39,066 nucleotides of DNA from a virus: positions 1-39,066 of IMG/VR virus record IMGVR_UViG_3300022744_000014. The stretch is one strand, 5' to 3'. The stretch's first letter is position 1. The number at the start of each line of letters is the position of its first letter. The position numbers and the translations under genes were made by a program. Shown piece by piece: positions 24,149 to 33,680 of the stretch. The notes beneath the pieces were generated by a model. It ran no database searches, was not told the origin of the DNA, and was given only the letters and a program-made list of their open reading frames with translations.

Positions 24149-24882
24149 TGCCAATCGTTGTCTCTCCCTCTCCAACCGTCCGCACGGCGCTGGACATCAT
24201 CAAACGTGCCATGCGCCTGTCCGGTGTGTATTCCATTGGCGAGGAACCCAGCGCAGACGAAACCGATGCCGGCCTGATGGCGCTCAACGGGATGATCGGG
24301 ACTTGGGCTAACGAGTCCCTAATGATCTACGCGCACACGCAGGACAGCATCCCTCTTGTGGCTTCAACTTCGCTTTACACACTCGGGGCCACTGGAACCG
24401 TCGTCACCACGCGCCCAATTGAGGCGCTGGACATGTCCTATGTGGTTTACCAGGGCATCAGCTACCCGTGCCCGATGATGACCATCGAGCAGTACAACAG
24501 CATCCCGTTCAAAGGGCAGACTGCGCAATTTCCTTGGACGCTGTGGTACGAGGACACTTATCCCAATGGCAATTTGACGGTCTATCCGACGCCAACGGCT
24601 GATTCCACGTTGGTCTTTACTAGCAAAAAGGAACTGACGGAGTTCACCAGTCTGACCGACCAAGTAACGCTGCCTCCGGGCTACTTCGATGCGCTGTGCT
24701 TCAACATGGCTGTCTATTGGGGGCCTGAGTTTGACGGCGTGAGCATTCCCCCACAGGTGATGCAGCAAGCCATCAATACAAAGCGGCTCATCAAGCGCAC
24801 GAACACCAAGCCGCTGACGATGAAACTTCCTGCGGCGGTGCTGCCGCAAAACGGGTATGTGAACTGGAGGACGGGTGCTTAA
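24148..24882 (+). CDS. P22 gp4-like head-to-tail adaptor (tail accessory factor)
   Basis: VRTALDIIKRAMRLSGVYSIGEEPSADETDAGLMALNGMIGTW parallels P22 gp4 [40 protein letters not shown]; lies upstream of the gp10-like gene. Confidence 0.55.
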   Translation: MPIVVSPSPTVRTALDIIKRAMRLSGVYSIGEEPSADETDAGLMALNGMIGTWANESLMIYAHTQDSIPLVASTSLYTLGATGTVVTTRPIEALDMSYVVYQGISYPCPMMTIEQYNSIPFKGQTAQFPWTLWYEDTYPNGNLTVYPTPTADSTLVFTSKKELTEFTSLTDQVTLPPGYFDALCFNMAVYWGPEFDGVSIPPQVMQQAINTKRLIKRTNTKPLTMKLPAAVLPQNGYVNWRTGA

Positions 24883-26272
24883 GCCCGTTCCCCTGTTCGG
24901 CCTTGGCGTGACCGGTAAGTCGGTAAACGTCAATGCTCAACAGCGCCTGAATCTCTACTGTGAACTACAGCAGGACGCAGAGACAAACACGTTGGCAATC
25001 TACGGCACGCCGGGGCTGGTGGCTGAATCCAACTACGGAGCAAACCCCACGCGAGGCGCGTACTCCATGGGGGACTTCAAGTATTACGTGAACAGCTACA
25101 CGCTGTGGAAAGAGGCCAACGACGGCACGATGACGAACCTCGGCACACTGCTGACCGGGGGCGGGCTTGTCGGGATGATCGACAACGGGACGCAAATCAT
25201 CATCGTGGACGGTACTTACGGGTACATCTACAACACGGTGACGTTGGTTTTTGCGCAGATCACTGATGTGGATTTCCCCGGAGCCGATACCGTCACGTTC
25301 CAGAATGGTTACTTCATCGTCAACAAGCCAAACACGGGCGAGTTCTACATCTCGGCTCTGTACGATGGATTGTCATGGGATGCGCTTGACTTCGCAACGG
25401 CAGAGAGCAACCCAGACCCGCTAGTCAGGGTTATCAGCAACAACGGGCAGTTACTGCTGTTCGGCTCTATCAGTACAGAATTCTGGGGCGATTCTGGCGC
25501 GGCAGATTTCCCCTTTGCGCGTATTGGCGGCAGTGCGATTGAGTGGGGACTTGCCGCTCGGTGGAGTTTGTGTAAATACGACAACGCTCTAGCTTTCTTA
25601 CGTAAGAACCGGCTGGGGCAGGTTCAGGTGTGTGCTTTGGTTGGCTACAACGCTACACCTATCAGCACGCCGGAACTCGATCACGTAATCAACAGTTACG
25701 GGGATGTGTCGGACGCCACGGCTTTTGCCTACATGCTCGGCGGGCATGCGTTCTATCAGATCAATTTCCCGTCTGCCGATGCTTCATGGCTGTACGACAA
25801 CCAGAGTAATTCATGGAGCAAGGTTGGAGGCGAGTTCAGCCGTCACCGTGCTGAATTGCAGATTCAGTACCTCAACCAGTCCATTGTTACGGACTTTGAA
25901 AACGGGCTGACGTACACGCTAGACGAAAACGCATACACCGACAACGGGGAAACGATTGTTCGCCAGTTGATCGGCAGACACCAGGCTACCGGCGACTTCT
26001 CGAAGATTGGGCGCATGTGGCTAGAGATGGAAGCCGGGGTAGGGCTGACATCAGGGCAGGGCGAAGACCCGCAAGTCATGCTGCAAATCAGCCGTGACGG
26101 GGGCCACACATGGGGCGCAGAAATCTGGCGTTCGTTCGGCAAGATCGGCAAGTTCAGGGCGCGTGCGCTGTGGCTTGGGCTGGGCAGGGCGCGTGATTGG
26201 ACGATGAAGTTTAGGATCACAGACGCAGTGAAGGTGGTCCTTGTGGCTGCGTGGGGGTCATACACAAAATGA
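24875..26272 (+). CDS. P22 gp10-like tail hub / packaged-DNA stabilisation protein
   Basis: GTG start; 465 aa; LLLFGSISTEFWGDSG and ISRDGGHTWGAE parallel P22 gp10 IVCFGSSTIEYFSLTG and SATTDGINYGRE. Confidence 0.7.
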   Translation: MLKPVPLFGLGVTGKSVNVNAQQRLNLYCELQQDAETNTLAIYGTPGLVAESNYGANPTRGAYSMGDFKYYVNSYTLWKEANDGTMTNLGTLLTGGGLVGMIDNGTQIIIVDGTYGYIYNTVTLVFAQITDVDFPGADTVTFQNGYFIVNKPNTGEFYISALYDGLSWDALDFATAESNPDPLVRVISNNGQLLLFGSISTEFWGDSGAADFPFARIGGSAIEWGLAARWSLCKYDNALAFLRKNRLGQVQVCALVGYNATPISTPELDHVINSYGDVSDATAFAYMLGGHAFYQINFPSADASWLYDNQSNSWSKVGGEFSRHRAELQIQYLNQSIVTDFENGLTYTLDENAYTDNGETIVRQLIGRHQATGDFSKIGRMWLEMEAGVGLTSGQGEDPQVMLQISRDGGHTWGAEIWRSFGKIGKFRARALWLGLGRARDWTMKFRITDAVKVVLVAAWGSYTK

Positions 26273-26274
26273 TC

Positions 26275-26769
26275 CTACAGCATGTTTCCTTGGTGATGGA
26301 TGCGCTTTGCCGTCAAGTAGGCGGCGTGCGCGTGTTCGGGTTCAAAATATTCGCCGAGGTGAATATATTTGCCGTCAATGGTGATCGACGCTTGCCATTT
26401 ATTGCGGTGCTTTCTAACGCCCAAAAATCGAGATGCGTTTCCCTTTTTGGCGCTGCGCAGATTTTGCAAGTTGACGGATTGAGGAACGTCGCGCAAATTG
26501 CAAATGCGGTTATTCAATGGGTTGCCGTCAATGTGGTCAATGTAGTTGTCCGGCCATCTGCCATGGGCGTAAAGCCATGCAAGGCGGTGCAAACGATAGA
26601 TGCGGCCATCCACTCTGATGGCGCGGTAACCATCGTCCGTAAAATTGCCCGCCACCGAGCCGACAACAATGCGCCTATTTGGTTTTTTGAGCCACGTAAA
26701 GACGCCGGTTTCCGGGTCGTAGTGGAGAAGTTCGCGCAAGCGCTGCGCGGTAAGATCGGTCTTAGCCAT
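26275..26769 (-). CDS. HNH homing endonuclease with C-terminal AP2 DNA-binding domain
   Basis: YRLHRLAWLYAHGRWPDNYIDHIDGNPLNNRICNLR (HNH_3-type) then FLGVRKHRNKWQASITIDGKYIHLGEYFEPEHAHAAY (AP2). Opposite strand to all neighbours and lower GC. Confidence 0.85.
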   Translation of the reverse strand: MAKTDLTAQRLRELLHYDPETGVFTWLKKPNRRIVVGSVAGNFTDDGYRAIRVDGRIYRLHRLAWLYAHGRWPDNYIDHIDGNPLNNRICNLRDVPQSVNLQNLRSAKKGNASRFLGVRKHRNKWQASITIDGKYIHLGEYFEPEHAHAAYLTAKRIHHQGNML

Positions 26770-26833
26770 GATGCACTCCTAATGCTGATTGGTCAGAGGC
26801 CCGCTCGTGTTGGTAGCACTTGCGGGCTTCGCT

Positions 26834-26861
26834 ATTTTAGCGCCGAGGTCAGCCATGGCAA
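26834..26861 (-). promoter_or_regulatory. Promoter candidate for the HNH gene: TTGCCA, 16-nt spacer, TAAAAT
   Basis: Read on the minus strand: -35 at 26861..26856 and -10 at 26839..26834; AGGAG SD before ATG 26769. Confidence 0.35.
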
Positions 26862-27118
26862 GTAACAACGGTTTCGACTTCCCGTCTAACAGCCAAATGA
26901 CGGACGCCAATCGGATGATGACGATTCCGTGGGGGCAATGGCTTAACCGCATTCAGGACATTTGCAATAGCGTGCAGCAGTCGGGGGCTACTGTTGACCG
27001 CCCGACTTCCGTCCTCTGGATAGGGCGCGTGTTCTTTGATACCGACCTTGGCAAACCCGTGTGGGTGAAGTCAGTACGCCCGACTGTTTGGGTAGACGGC
27101 TCGGGCGCAGTCGTATGA
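26855..27118 (+). CDS. Hypothetical protein, 87 aa, with a fibre-type C-terminal motif
   Basis: ATG 26855; DRPTSVLWIGRVFFDTDLGKPVWV resembles the RP...FDTTLGKPIWW motif seen in phage fibre proteins. Confidence 0.45.
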   Translation: MASNNGFDFPSNSQMTDANRMMTIPWGQWLNRIQDICNSVQQSGATVDRPTSVLWIGRVFFDTDLGKPVWVKSVRPTVWVDGSGAVV

Positions 27119-27435
27119 AAACAGAAATCAACTTCCACGGCGGCGATGCTGAAAGCGGCGATGTCTTCATGGTGGAAACACACGCACCGGCAGGCCACAA
27201 ACTGACGCAGCACGAACACGACAAGCCGCACCTGTCCTATCTGGCAAAAGGCACGGCCATCGTGGAGGTGGACGGCATCAAGACGGAATACACCGGGCCT
27301 GCGGTTCTGACGATTGCCGCGCACAAGGTGCATGCCGTCTACGCGCTAACCGACATCACTTGGCTGTGCCTGTGGGCAACCGACGAGGAAATGCAGGCGG
27401 CGGCGCGTGAACAACTGAAAGTATTGGGGGTCTGA
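27115..27435 (+). CDS. Cupin-fold protein, 106 aa
   Basis: ATGA overlap; GHKLTQHEHDKPHLSYLAKG (HxH...) and AAHKVHAV fit the two cupin motifs. Confidence 0.5.
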   Translation: MKTEINFHGGDAESGDVFMVETHAPAGHKLTQHEHDKPHLSYLAKGTAIVEVDGIKTEYTGPAVLTIAAHKVHAVYALTDITWLCLWATDEEMQAAAREQLKVLGV

Positions 27436-27436
27436 T

Positions 27437-28357
27437 ATGTGGGGTGCAATTGCTTCTGTTGCCGGTGGGTTGCTGGGTTCTAGTTCGGCAAGCGATGCGG
27501 CTGACGCGCAGGCGGCGGCTTCTCAGCAGGCCAACGATTTGCAGCGGTACATCTATGACAACAACGTCCGGTTAAATCAGCCCGCCATTGATGCCGGAAA
27601 CGTTGCGCGAAACAAGCTCATGCAACTGCTGGGCCTTGGTGGAACGCCTGGCGGTGCGCCTGCGGGGCCGACGCGTGACCAGCTTCGCCAGCAACTCATC
27701 GGGAAGTTCACCACTGGCGGCGAACAGATTAAGACCGCAGGCCCTGAATCCTGGGCTGGCGAGTACATGTCAACGCCAACGACGGTTGACGAGAACGGAT
27801 TGCAGCGGGCAATCGACGCGCAATACCAACCTAGCGGGGTTGATTCCAACGGCTCCGATTACGGCTCTTTGCTCAAGGCGTTTACCGGGCAAGACTTGCA
27901 AAACGAACCCGGTTACCAGTTCGGGCTGAAACAGGGCCAGCAGGCCCTTGATCGCAAGGCGGCGGCGGGTGGCGGGTACTTCTCAGGGGCTGCGCTCAAA
28001 GCTGCGCAGACGTTTGGGCAGGACTACGCAGGCACGAAGTACGGGGAGGCGTTCAATCGCGACACGACGACGAAGAACAACATTTACAACCGGCTGCAGG
28101 GCATTGTCTCGCCGGGGCAGGTTGCGACCAACAACGTCGGGACGATGGGGCAGGGCTACGCAAACAGCGTGGGCAACAACCTTACGGCTGCGGCAGATGC
28201 TCAAGGCGCAGCGGGTATTGCTGGCGCAAACGCATGGCAAAAAGCCATCAATCAGGGCGTGAATCAATACCAAAAGAACAACGCGCAAAACAGCATTTAC
28301 GCAAACCTCAATAGCTACCGTGACCCAAATTACGGCATCAACAGCTATGAAAGCTAA
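27437..28357 (+). CDS. Putative internal virion / ejection protein, 306 aa
   Basis: Gly/Ala/Gln-rich; N-terminal hydrophobic MWGAIASVAGGLLG; position after gp10-like matches the P22 gp7/20/16 slot. Confidence 0.4.
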   Translation: MWGAIASVAGGLLGSSSASDAADAQAAASQQANDLQRYIYDNNVRLNQPAIDAGNVARNKLMQLLGLGGTPGGAPAGPTRDQLRQQLIGKFTTGGEQIKTAGPESWAGEYMSTPTTVDENGLQRAIDAQYQPSGVDSNGSDYGSLLKAFTGQDLQNEPGYQFGLKQGQQALDRKAAAGGGYFSGAALKAAQTFGQDYAGTKYGEAFNRDTTTKNNIYNRLQGIVSPGQVATNNVGTMGQGYANSVGNNLTAAADAQGAAGIAGANAWQKAINQGVNQYQKNNAQNSIYANLNSYRDPNYGINSYES

Positions 28358-28368
28358 GGGAGCCTGAC

Positions 28369-29718
28369 ATGCCTGTAAATGCTTCGATTTACAACAATGT
28401 GGGCGCGGGCGTAACCCCGCTGGAAGACCCGCAAAACGCCCTCCTGAAGGCGCTACAGGTGCAGCAAGCTCGTCTGACGGGCCAGCAAGCACAGCAGGGC
28501 ATGGAGGACGACCAAGCCCTGCGCGAGGCCACGATGGCAAGCGGCGGGGATCAGAACAAGCTGATGCAGTTGCTCTACGGCAGGGGGCAGTACAAGGCGG
28601 CGGCTGGCGTGCAGAAGTCCATACTTGATGCGCAAAAGGCGCAGGCCGACATTGGGCATGTCGGAGCGCAGGCTAAAAACCAAAACGCCTTGGCTGATGA
28701 AAACTCAGGCAAGGCCACGGACGCCACGCTGAAACGCTACCGCAGTTATCTGGACTACATCGACACGCCCGAGGCTGCTGCGCGGTGGGTTCAAGCGCAG
28801 CACCAAGACCCGCAGATTGGCGGGCTGGTGTCCAAAATCATGCCACTGGATCAAGCATTGCAATCCATCCCGCAAACTCCGCAAGAATTTGCCGTGTGGC
28901 GCTCCAAGCAGGCGCAGGGCATTGATTCCTACACCAAAAGCATTGCGCCAAAAACGGAATGGAAAGATAACGGGCAAAGGCTTATTCCCGTTGAAACAAA
29001 TTCTCTGGCTCCTGGATATCAAGCGCCTACCGCAATCCAAAAGCAGGCGACACCGGGCGAAGTCATGGTGGATACGCGCACGCGGGAGGAAAAAGCAAAA
29101 GACCGTGCGCAGTCTGATCGGCATTTCAGCGAGTCGCAAAAGACGGCGGGACAAGCGGTTACCTATCAGACTGACGGAGCCGGCAATCTTGTCGCGCTGC
29201 CTGCAAAACTTGCGCCGGGGGCGGCGGCAGAAGCCACGCCTGTAACCGCTGGCGGCAAACCGCTTCCTCCCAAAATTTCGCCGTTGCCGGAAGGAGCGCA
29301 AAAGCAACTTGTCGGCTCCCGCAATCTGCAAGACGCCATTGATGGCTATCAGTCGGTGCTGTCCAAGTGGGGCAACGTAAAACTGCTTTCCCCCGATGCG
29401 CAGGCAGAAATGGGAAATGCTTACAACAACATGATGTTGCAAGCCAAAGAGGCATACAACCTTGGCGTGCTGAACGGCCCTGATTACGACATTCTGCAAA
29501 GCGTCGTCAAAGACCCGACCAAACTAGGATCAGTTGCCACAAGCAACAAAGCCATGTCTGGGCAAGCCGCAAAACTAAAGGCAACGGCGGCCAACATTGA
29601 GCGCACGATTTTGGAATCGCATGGGAAAGCCTACACGCCAAGAAGTGGTGCGCCAGGAAATGATTTGGCAAGCGCCATTGACGCTGAGATTGCCAGACGC
29701 GCTGGAGGTAAAAAGTAA
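28369..29718 (+). CDS. Putative internal virion / ejection protein, 449 aa
   Basis: Gln/Ala/Lys-rich helical protein in the ejection-protein slot. Confidence 0.4.
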   Translation: MPVNASIYNNVGAGVTPLEDPQNALLKALQVQQARLTGQQAQQGMEDDQALREATMASGGDQNKLMQLLYGRGQYKAAAGVQKSILDAQKAQADIGHVGAQAKNQNALADENSGKATDATLKRYRSYLDYIDTPEAAARWVQAQHQDPQIGGLVSKIMPLDQALQSIPQTPQEFAVWRSKQAQGIDSYTKSIAPKTEWKDNGQRLIPVETNSLAPGYQAPTAIQKQATPGEVMVDTRTREEKAKDRAQSDRHFSESQKTAGQAVTYQTDGAGNLVALPAKLAPGAAAEATPVTAGGKPLPPKISPLPEGAQKQLVGSRNLQDAIDGYQSVLSKWGNVKLLSPDAQAEMGNAYNNMMLQAKEAYNLGVLNGPDYDILQSVVKDPTKLGSVATSNKAMSGQAAKLKATAANIERTILESHGKAYTPRSGAPGNDLASAIDAEIARRAGGKK

Positions 29719-31670
29719 TGGACTTGTCCAAGCTGTCAGATGCCGATTTGATGGCCTTGAAAGCGGGCGACCTGACCAAGGTTTCGGACGCTGGTTTGAT
29801 GGTTTTGAAAGGCGAGCCTGCGCCCCAAGAGCGCAGCAGCATGGATGAGCTTGGCCGACAAATCGGGCTGGCTGCGCGGGCTGGCGTTAAATCGCTATTG
29901 ACAGTTCCAGCCATGCTTTCCGATGCCGCCACGGGAGTGGTTAACACCGGGCTTGATGTGGTGCGCGGCAAAGGCAATGGCTTTCGATTCCAAACTGTCA
30001 ATTCGGCGGCGGACAACCTGATGACCGGCGCGGGCATTGCGGCACCTGAGAACGCGACGGAGCGCGTGGTGCAAGACGCAACACAAGCAATGGGCGGCAC
30101 GGGGGCAACCGTCAAGGCGGGGCAGTTCCTAGCCAAGAATGCCGCGCCCGTTGTTTCCAAGATCGGGCAGTTTCTATCTGCCGGGCCGGGGATGCAGACC
30201 GCTGCCGCGCTCACAAGTTCCGGCGCTCAAGGCATTACCCGCGAAAACGGGGGTGATGCCGTCGATCAATTTGCAGCGGGCATGGGCGGCGCTTTTCTTC
30301 CTGCCGCTGCTGTTGGCGGTGGCTCTGCTGTTGTGCGAGGCTTGCTTCGAGGCGGCGAAGAGGGGCGGCAGACTGTCGCAAAAAACATCAAGCTGTTTGA
30401 CGATGCGGCGGGCGTTTCACCATCCGTGGGGCAAGCCACCGAAGGCCGCGTTGGGCGGGGCATTGAATCCTTTTTGTCCAAAGCACCGGGCGGCGCGGGC
30501 GTCATGCAAAAGTCGGCGCAGGACAAAGCGGCGGCAATGGCAAAAGCGGTCAACGATACAGCCGATTCGCTCGCTCCGGGGGCCAGCGGCATCAAGGCTG
30601 GCGAAGCCATTGAAAAAGGCGTGCAGGGGTTCAAAGAAGGCTTCAAGAAGGTGCAAGAGCGGCTTTACAACACGCTTGATAAGCACATTCCCAACGACTC
30701 CCCAATTCAAGTCGGCAACACTGAATTTGCGCTCAAGCAGTTAAACGAAGGCATTGAAGGCGCTCCGAATATTTCCGAGTTCTTCAAAAACTCCAAGATC
30801 AAAGGTATTGACGTTGCGCTGCAAAAGGATTTGGAGCTGTCTGCCACGGGCGGCACGCTTCCCTATGAGGCGGTTAAGAAGTTGCGCACCCTGATTGGTA
30901 GGGAGATTGCTGATAACTCGCTGCTTGCAGATGTTCCGCGCTCCAAGTGGACGGCGCTCTATGGCGCATTGTCCGAGGATTTGGGCATGGCTGCAAAACA
31001 AGCTGGCCCGCAGGCAGAACAATCGTGGCAATGGGCAAATCAGTTTACCAAGGGGCAACTGGATCGGCTGGAAAGCCTGTCCAAAATCGTCGGTAAGGAC
31101 TCGCCAGAAAAGATTTTCCAAGCGGCCCTAGCTGGCACGTCTGAAGGCAACACCATCATTAAGCGGGTGGTTGACGCCATCCCCAAGGACAACCGCAAAG
31201 AACTAGCAGCGGCAGTGCTTCGCCGGATGGGTCAGGCCAACAACAGCGCACAGAACGCGGCAGGCGATGTGTTTTCGTCTGAAACGTTCCTGACCAATAT
31301 CAACAAGCTATCGCCAGAGGCGCGGTCTACGTTGTTTGGTCGGCTCGGTGTGCCTGATGTGCCCAACAAGTTGGCGCAGCTTGCGGAGATGGCCGCAAAC
31401 ATGCGCGAGGGTTCAAAAGTGTTTGCCAACCCGTCAGGAACGGCGCAGGCGCTGTCTTTGCGCGATGCTGGGCTTGGCACGCTCGGGGCATTGCTCACGG
31501 GCCATCCTGGCGTTGCTGCTGCAAGTGCTGGGGTTGTCGGCGGCTCCAACCTGCTTGCCAAGAAGATGACTGACCCAGATTTTGTGAAATGGCTGGCAAA
31601 CCGCACAGAGGTTTCTCCGACGCTGCCCGCCGTCGCTGGGAATGCTTTGCAACGGGCGCTTGCGCCTTAA
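29718..31670 (+). CDS. Putative internal virion / ejection protein, 650 aa
   Basis: TAATG overlap; duplicated N-terminal LSDADLMALKAGDLTKVSDAGLMVLKG; largest protein of the three-gene block. Confidence 0.4.
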   Translation: MDLSKLSDADLMALKAGDLTKVSDAGLMVLKGEPAPQERSSMDELGRQIGLAARAGVKSLLTVPAMLSDAATGVVNTGLDVVRGKGNGFRFQTVNSAADNLMTGAGIAAPENATERVVQDATQAMGGTGATVKAGQFLAKNAAPVVSKIGQFLSAGPGMQTAAALTSSGAQGITRENGGDAVDQFAAGMGGAFLPAAAVGGGSAVVRGLLRGGEEGRQTVAKNIKLFDDAAGVSPSVGQATEGRVGRGIESFLSKAPGGAGVMQKSAQDKAAAMAKAVNDTADSLAPGASGIKAGEAIEKGVQGFKEGFKKVQERLYNTLDKHIPNDSPIQVGNTEFALKQLNEGIEGAPNISEFFKNSKIKGIDVALQKDLELSATGGTLPYEAVKKLRTLIGREIADNSLLADVPRSKWTALYGALSEDLGMAAKQAGPQAEQSWQWANQFTKGQLDRLESLSKIVGKDSPEKIFQAALAGTSEGNTIIKRVVDAIPKDNRKELAAAVLRRMGQANNSAQNAAGDVFSSETFLTNINKLSPEARSTLFGRLGVPDVPNKLAQLAEMAANMREGSKVFANPSGTAQALSLRDAGLGTLGALLTGHPGVAAASAGVVGGSNLLAKKMTDPDFVKWLANRTEVSPTLPAVAGNALQRALAP

Positions 31671-31795
31671 AACAATTTAGCGAGAGCGACTATGCCAACG
31701 ATCACCGAAATGACGATCAGCAGCAACGGGCCAAGGAAACCAAAGACATGGCCTACGGATTCGGCGGCGTCAAGGTCTGAGTAGTCAGGCTTCAT
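31667..31795 (-). CDS. Possible antisense small membrane protein, 42 aa
   Basis: Hand translation MKPDYSDLDAAESVGHVFGFLGPLLLIVISVIVGIVALAKLF; TAGAAT lies 7 nt upstream of the ATG; no clear SD. Confidence 0.25.
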   Translation of the reverse strand: MKPDYSDLDAAESVGHVFGFLGPLLLIVISVIVGIVALAKLF

Positions 31796-31816
31796 CAACG
31801 CATTCTAGGACTAAAC

Positions 31817-33256
31817 ATGGCAACGTATCTTTCGCCAATCAGCAACGATCAGGTAGTTGACTCCAACGGCTCGCCTCTAGTCGGCGGATGGTGGCGCGTC
31901 TACCTCGCGGGGACAACCACTCCCGTCACCACGTACACCGATAGCACGGGGATAACCCCCCAGCCCACGGACATCACGCTAGACGCATCTGGACGGCCCG
32001 CTAACCCCATCTGGCTGTCCGGTGGAATCCCGGTGAAGTTCCGTTTGTACTCTGCCTCTGGCGTCATCCTGCTGACCGTGGACAACGTGTCGGGCATTAA
32101 CGACCCGGCAGGCATCACGGCGCAAGATCAGTGGGTTTTGTATGGAGCGGCTCCGACGTACCTCTCTGCGACTTCGTTTAGCCTGGTTGGCGACCAGACA
32201 AATACCTTCCAGATCGGGCGGCGCATCAAGTCTGTGAACACCGGGGGCATTCGGTACAGCAGCATCACAAACAGCGTCTACGGAGCCGTTACAACCGTCA
32301 CAGTGACCAACGACAGCGGAACCCTAGACAGCGGCATGTCAGCGGTGTCCTACGGGCTGCTGTCTTCGCTGAACAGCAGCGTACCAACGACGATTGCACG
32401 AAGCGGCGCAAACGTTGACATCACTTCGCTGCAAAGCTCCACCACGGTGACGACTCAGACGGCAGCGGACCAGTCCACCAAGATCGCCAGCACGCTGTAT
32501 GCCGACAGGGTAAGCGCGAAGATTCAGCCTGTCACTGCGACGATTGGCTCAAACGCGATCACGGTGAACCTTGGGCCGACAACCATTGATTTCCGTTCCA
32601 CCACGCTTGCCACGGGTACGCCGACATCGGTGACATCTTCCGCGACGGTTTCGCTTGTCATTGCATCTACCGATAGTTTCGGGCTGGTGACTGCTGCCGG
32701 AAGCCAGCGGTTAGCAATCCTTGCCATCAACAACGCAGGGACGATTGAGCTTGCTGCTGTTGCCTTGTACGGCGGTGTATCGATTGACGAAACCGGCGTG
32801 ATTACCACGGCGACGACGGCCACCACATCAACCGGCATCAAGGCCGCAGCGGTTCGCACGGGGGTGGCTTACCGGGTAGTCGGGTATCTGGACGCAACCT
32901 TTACCACGGCGGTGGGCTGGGGTTCGCTGGCTCTTGTCCAAGGGTACGGGGGCAACGCCGCAGATGCTACGGGTTCTATCGGCTTTGGGCAGACATGGCA
33001 AAGCACCGGCAAGGCGACATCGACCACGTACTACAACAACACCGGCAAGCCAATCATGGTGTCCGTCATCGCAAGCGTGAACGCGGCGGGGAATATCAAG
33101 CTCACCATTGGAAGCGTTGATATGGCCCAAGTTGCCAACAACGGCACGGGCGGCAATACCTTAACAGTGGCTGGAATTGTGCCGCCAGGTGCTTCCTATT
33201 CCACCACGATTGCGGGCGGTGGAAGCATAACCCTGTGGCTTGAATTGAGGTTGTAA
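31817..33256 (+). CDS. Tail fibre protein, 479 aa
   Basis: N-terminus SNDQVVDSNGSPLVGGWWRVYLAGTTTPVTTYTDSTGITPQPTDITLDASGRPANPIWL is the common phage fibre head motif; Thr/Ser/Gly-rich remainder. Confidence 0.7.
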   Translation: MATYLSPISNDQVVDSNGSPLVGGWWRVYLAGTTTPVTTYTDSTGITPQPTDITLDASGRPANPIWLSGGIPVKFRLYSASGVILLTVDNVSGINDPAGITAQDQWVLYGAAPTYLSATSFSLVGDQTNTFQIGRRIKSVNTGGIRYSSITNSVYGAVTTVTVTNDSGTLDSGMSAVSYGLLSSLNSSVPTTIARSGANVDITSLQSSTTVTTQTAADQSTKIASTLYADRVSAKIQPVTATIGSNAITVNLGPTTIDFRSTTLATGTPTSVTSSATVSLVIASTDSFGLVTAAGSQRLAILAINNAGTIELAAVALYGGVSIDETGVITTATTATTSTGIKAAAVRTGVAYRVVGYLDATFTTAVGWGSLALVQGYGGNAADATGSIGFGQTWQSTGKATSTTYYNNTGKPIMVSVIASVNAAGNIKLTIGSVDMAQVANNGTGGNTLTVAGIVPPGASYSTTIAGGGSITLWLELRL

Positions 33257-33258
33257 TC

Positions 33259-33420
33259 ATGTCCGAGCATGACCACGCCACCATCAAGATTCTGATTGCT
33301 TGGGTCGGCGCCATCTATGGCGCTTTGACGCTTTCGCAACTAGTGCTGTTTGCCACGCTGGTTTACACCGTGCTGCAGATCGTCGTGCTAGTGCGCAAGA
33401 TGTGGAAGGGCAAGGCATGA
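33259..33420 (+). CDS. Holin-like protein, 53 aa, two TM helices and a basic C-terminus
   Basis: Hand translation MSEHDHATIKILIAWVGAIYGALTLSQLVLFATLVYTVLQIVVLVRKMWKGKA; upstream of the endolysin. Confidence 0.6.
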   Translation: MSEHDHATIKILIAWVGAIYGALTLSQLVLFATLVYTVLQIVVLVRKMWKGKA

Positions 33421-33680
33421 CGTTTAACCCTTCCGTCACCCAGCGCATCACCGCAGCAGCAAAACGGCGAGTGATTAAAGACTGGCGCTCTAGGCTGAAG
33501 GACTACAGCACGATTTCGCTTGCCTTCAGCACTGCAGTCGCCGCTGCGTGGAGCGCCCTTCCTGCTGACTGGCTGGCCTTCCTCCCCGTTGCGTGGGTGG
33601 CGCGGGCTATCGGCGTTATCACGGCGCTTGGCCTTGCGGGCAAATTCTTGGTTCAAGAGCCGCCGAAGGATGACGCATGA
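33417..33680 (+). CDS. Second holin/antiholin-like membrane protein, 87 aa
   Basis: ATGA overlap; two hydrophobic segments ISLAFSTAVAAAWSAL and AIGVITALGLAGKFL. Confidence 0.5.
   Translation: MTFNPSVTQRITAAAKRRVIKDWRSRLKDYSTISLAFSTAVAAAWSALPADWLAFLPVAWVARAIGVITALGLAGKFLVQEPPKDDA

Noticed and set aside
26251-26865. 204-aa plus-strand ORF overlapping the HNH gene
   Set aside because: It is antisense to a textbook HNH-AP2 protein, and its own translation has no motif or SD.
31589-31780. 63-aa plus-strand ORF in the gap before the fibre gene
   Set aside because: It overlaps the end of the 650-aa gene in another frame, has no SD, and gives a low-complexity translation.
31817-33256. Diversity-generating retroelement, since some podoviruses of GC-rich hosts diversify their fibre gene
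   Set aside because: No reverse transcriptase-like ORF (no YxDD motif) was found anywhere. I could not find a second near-identical template-repeat copy of the fibre 3' end by eye.
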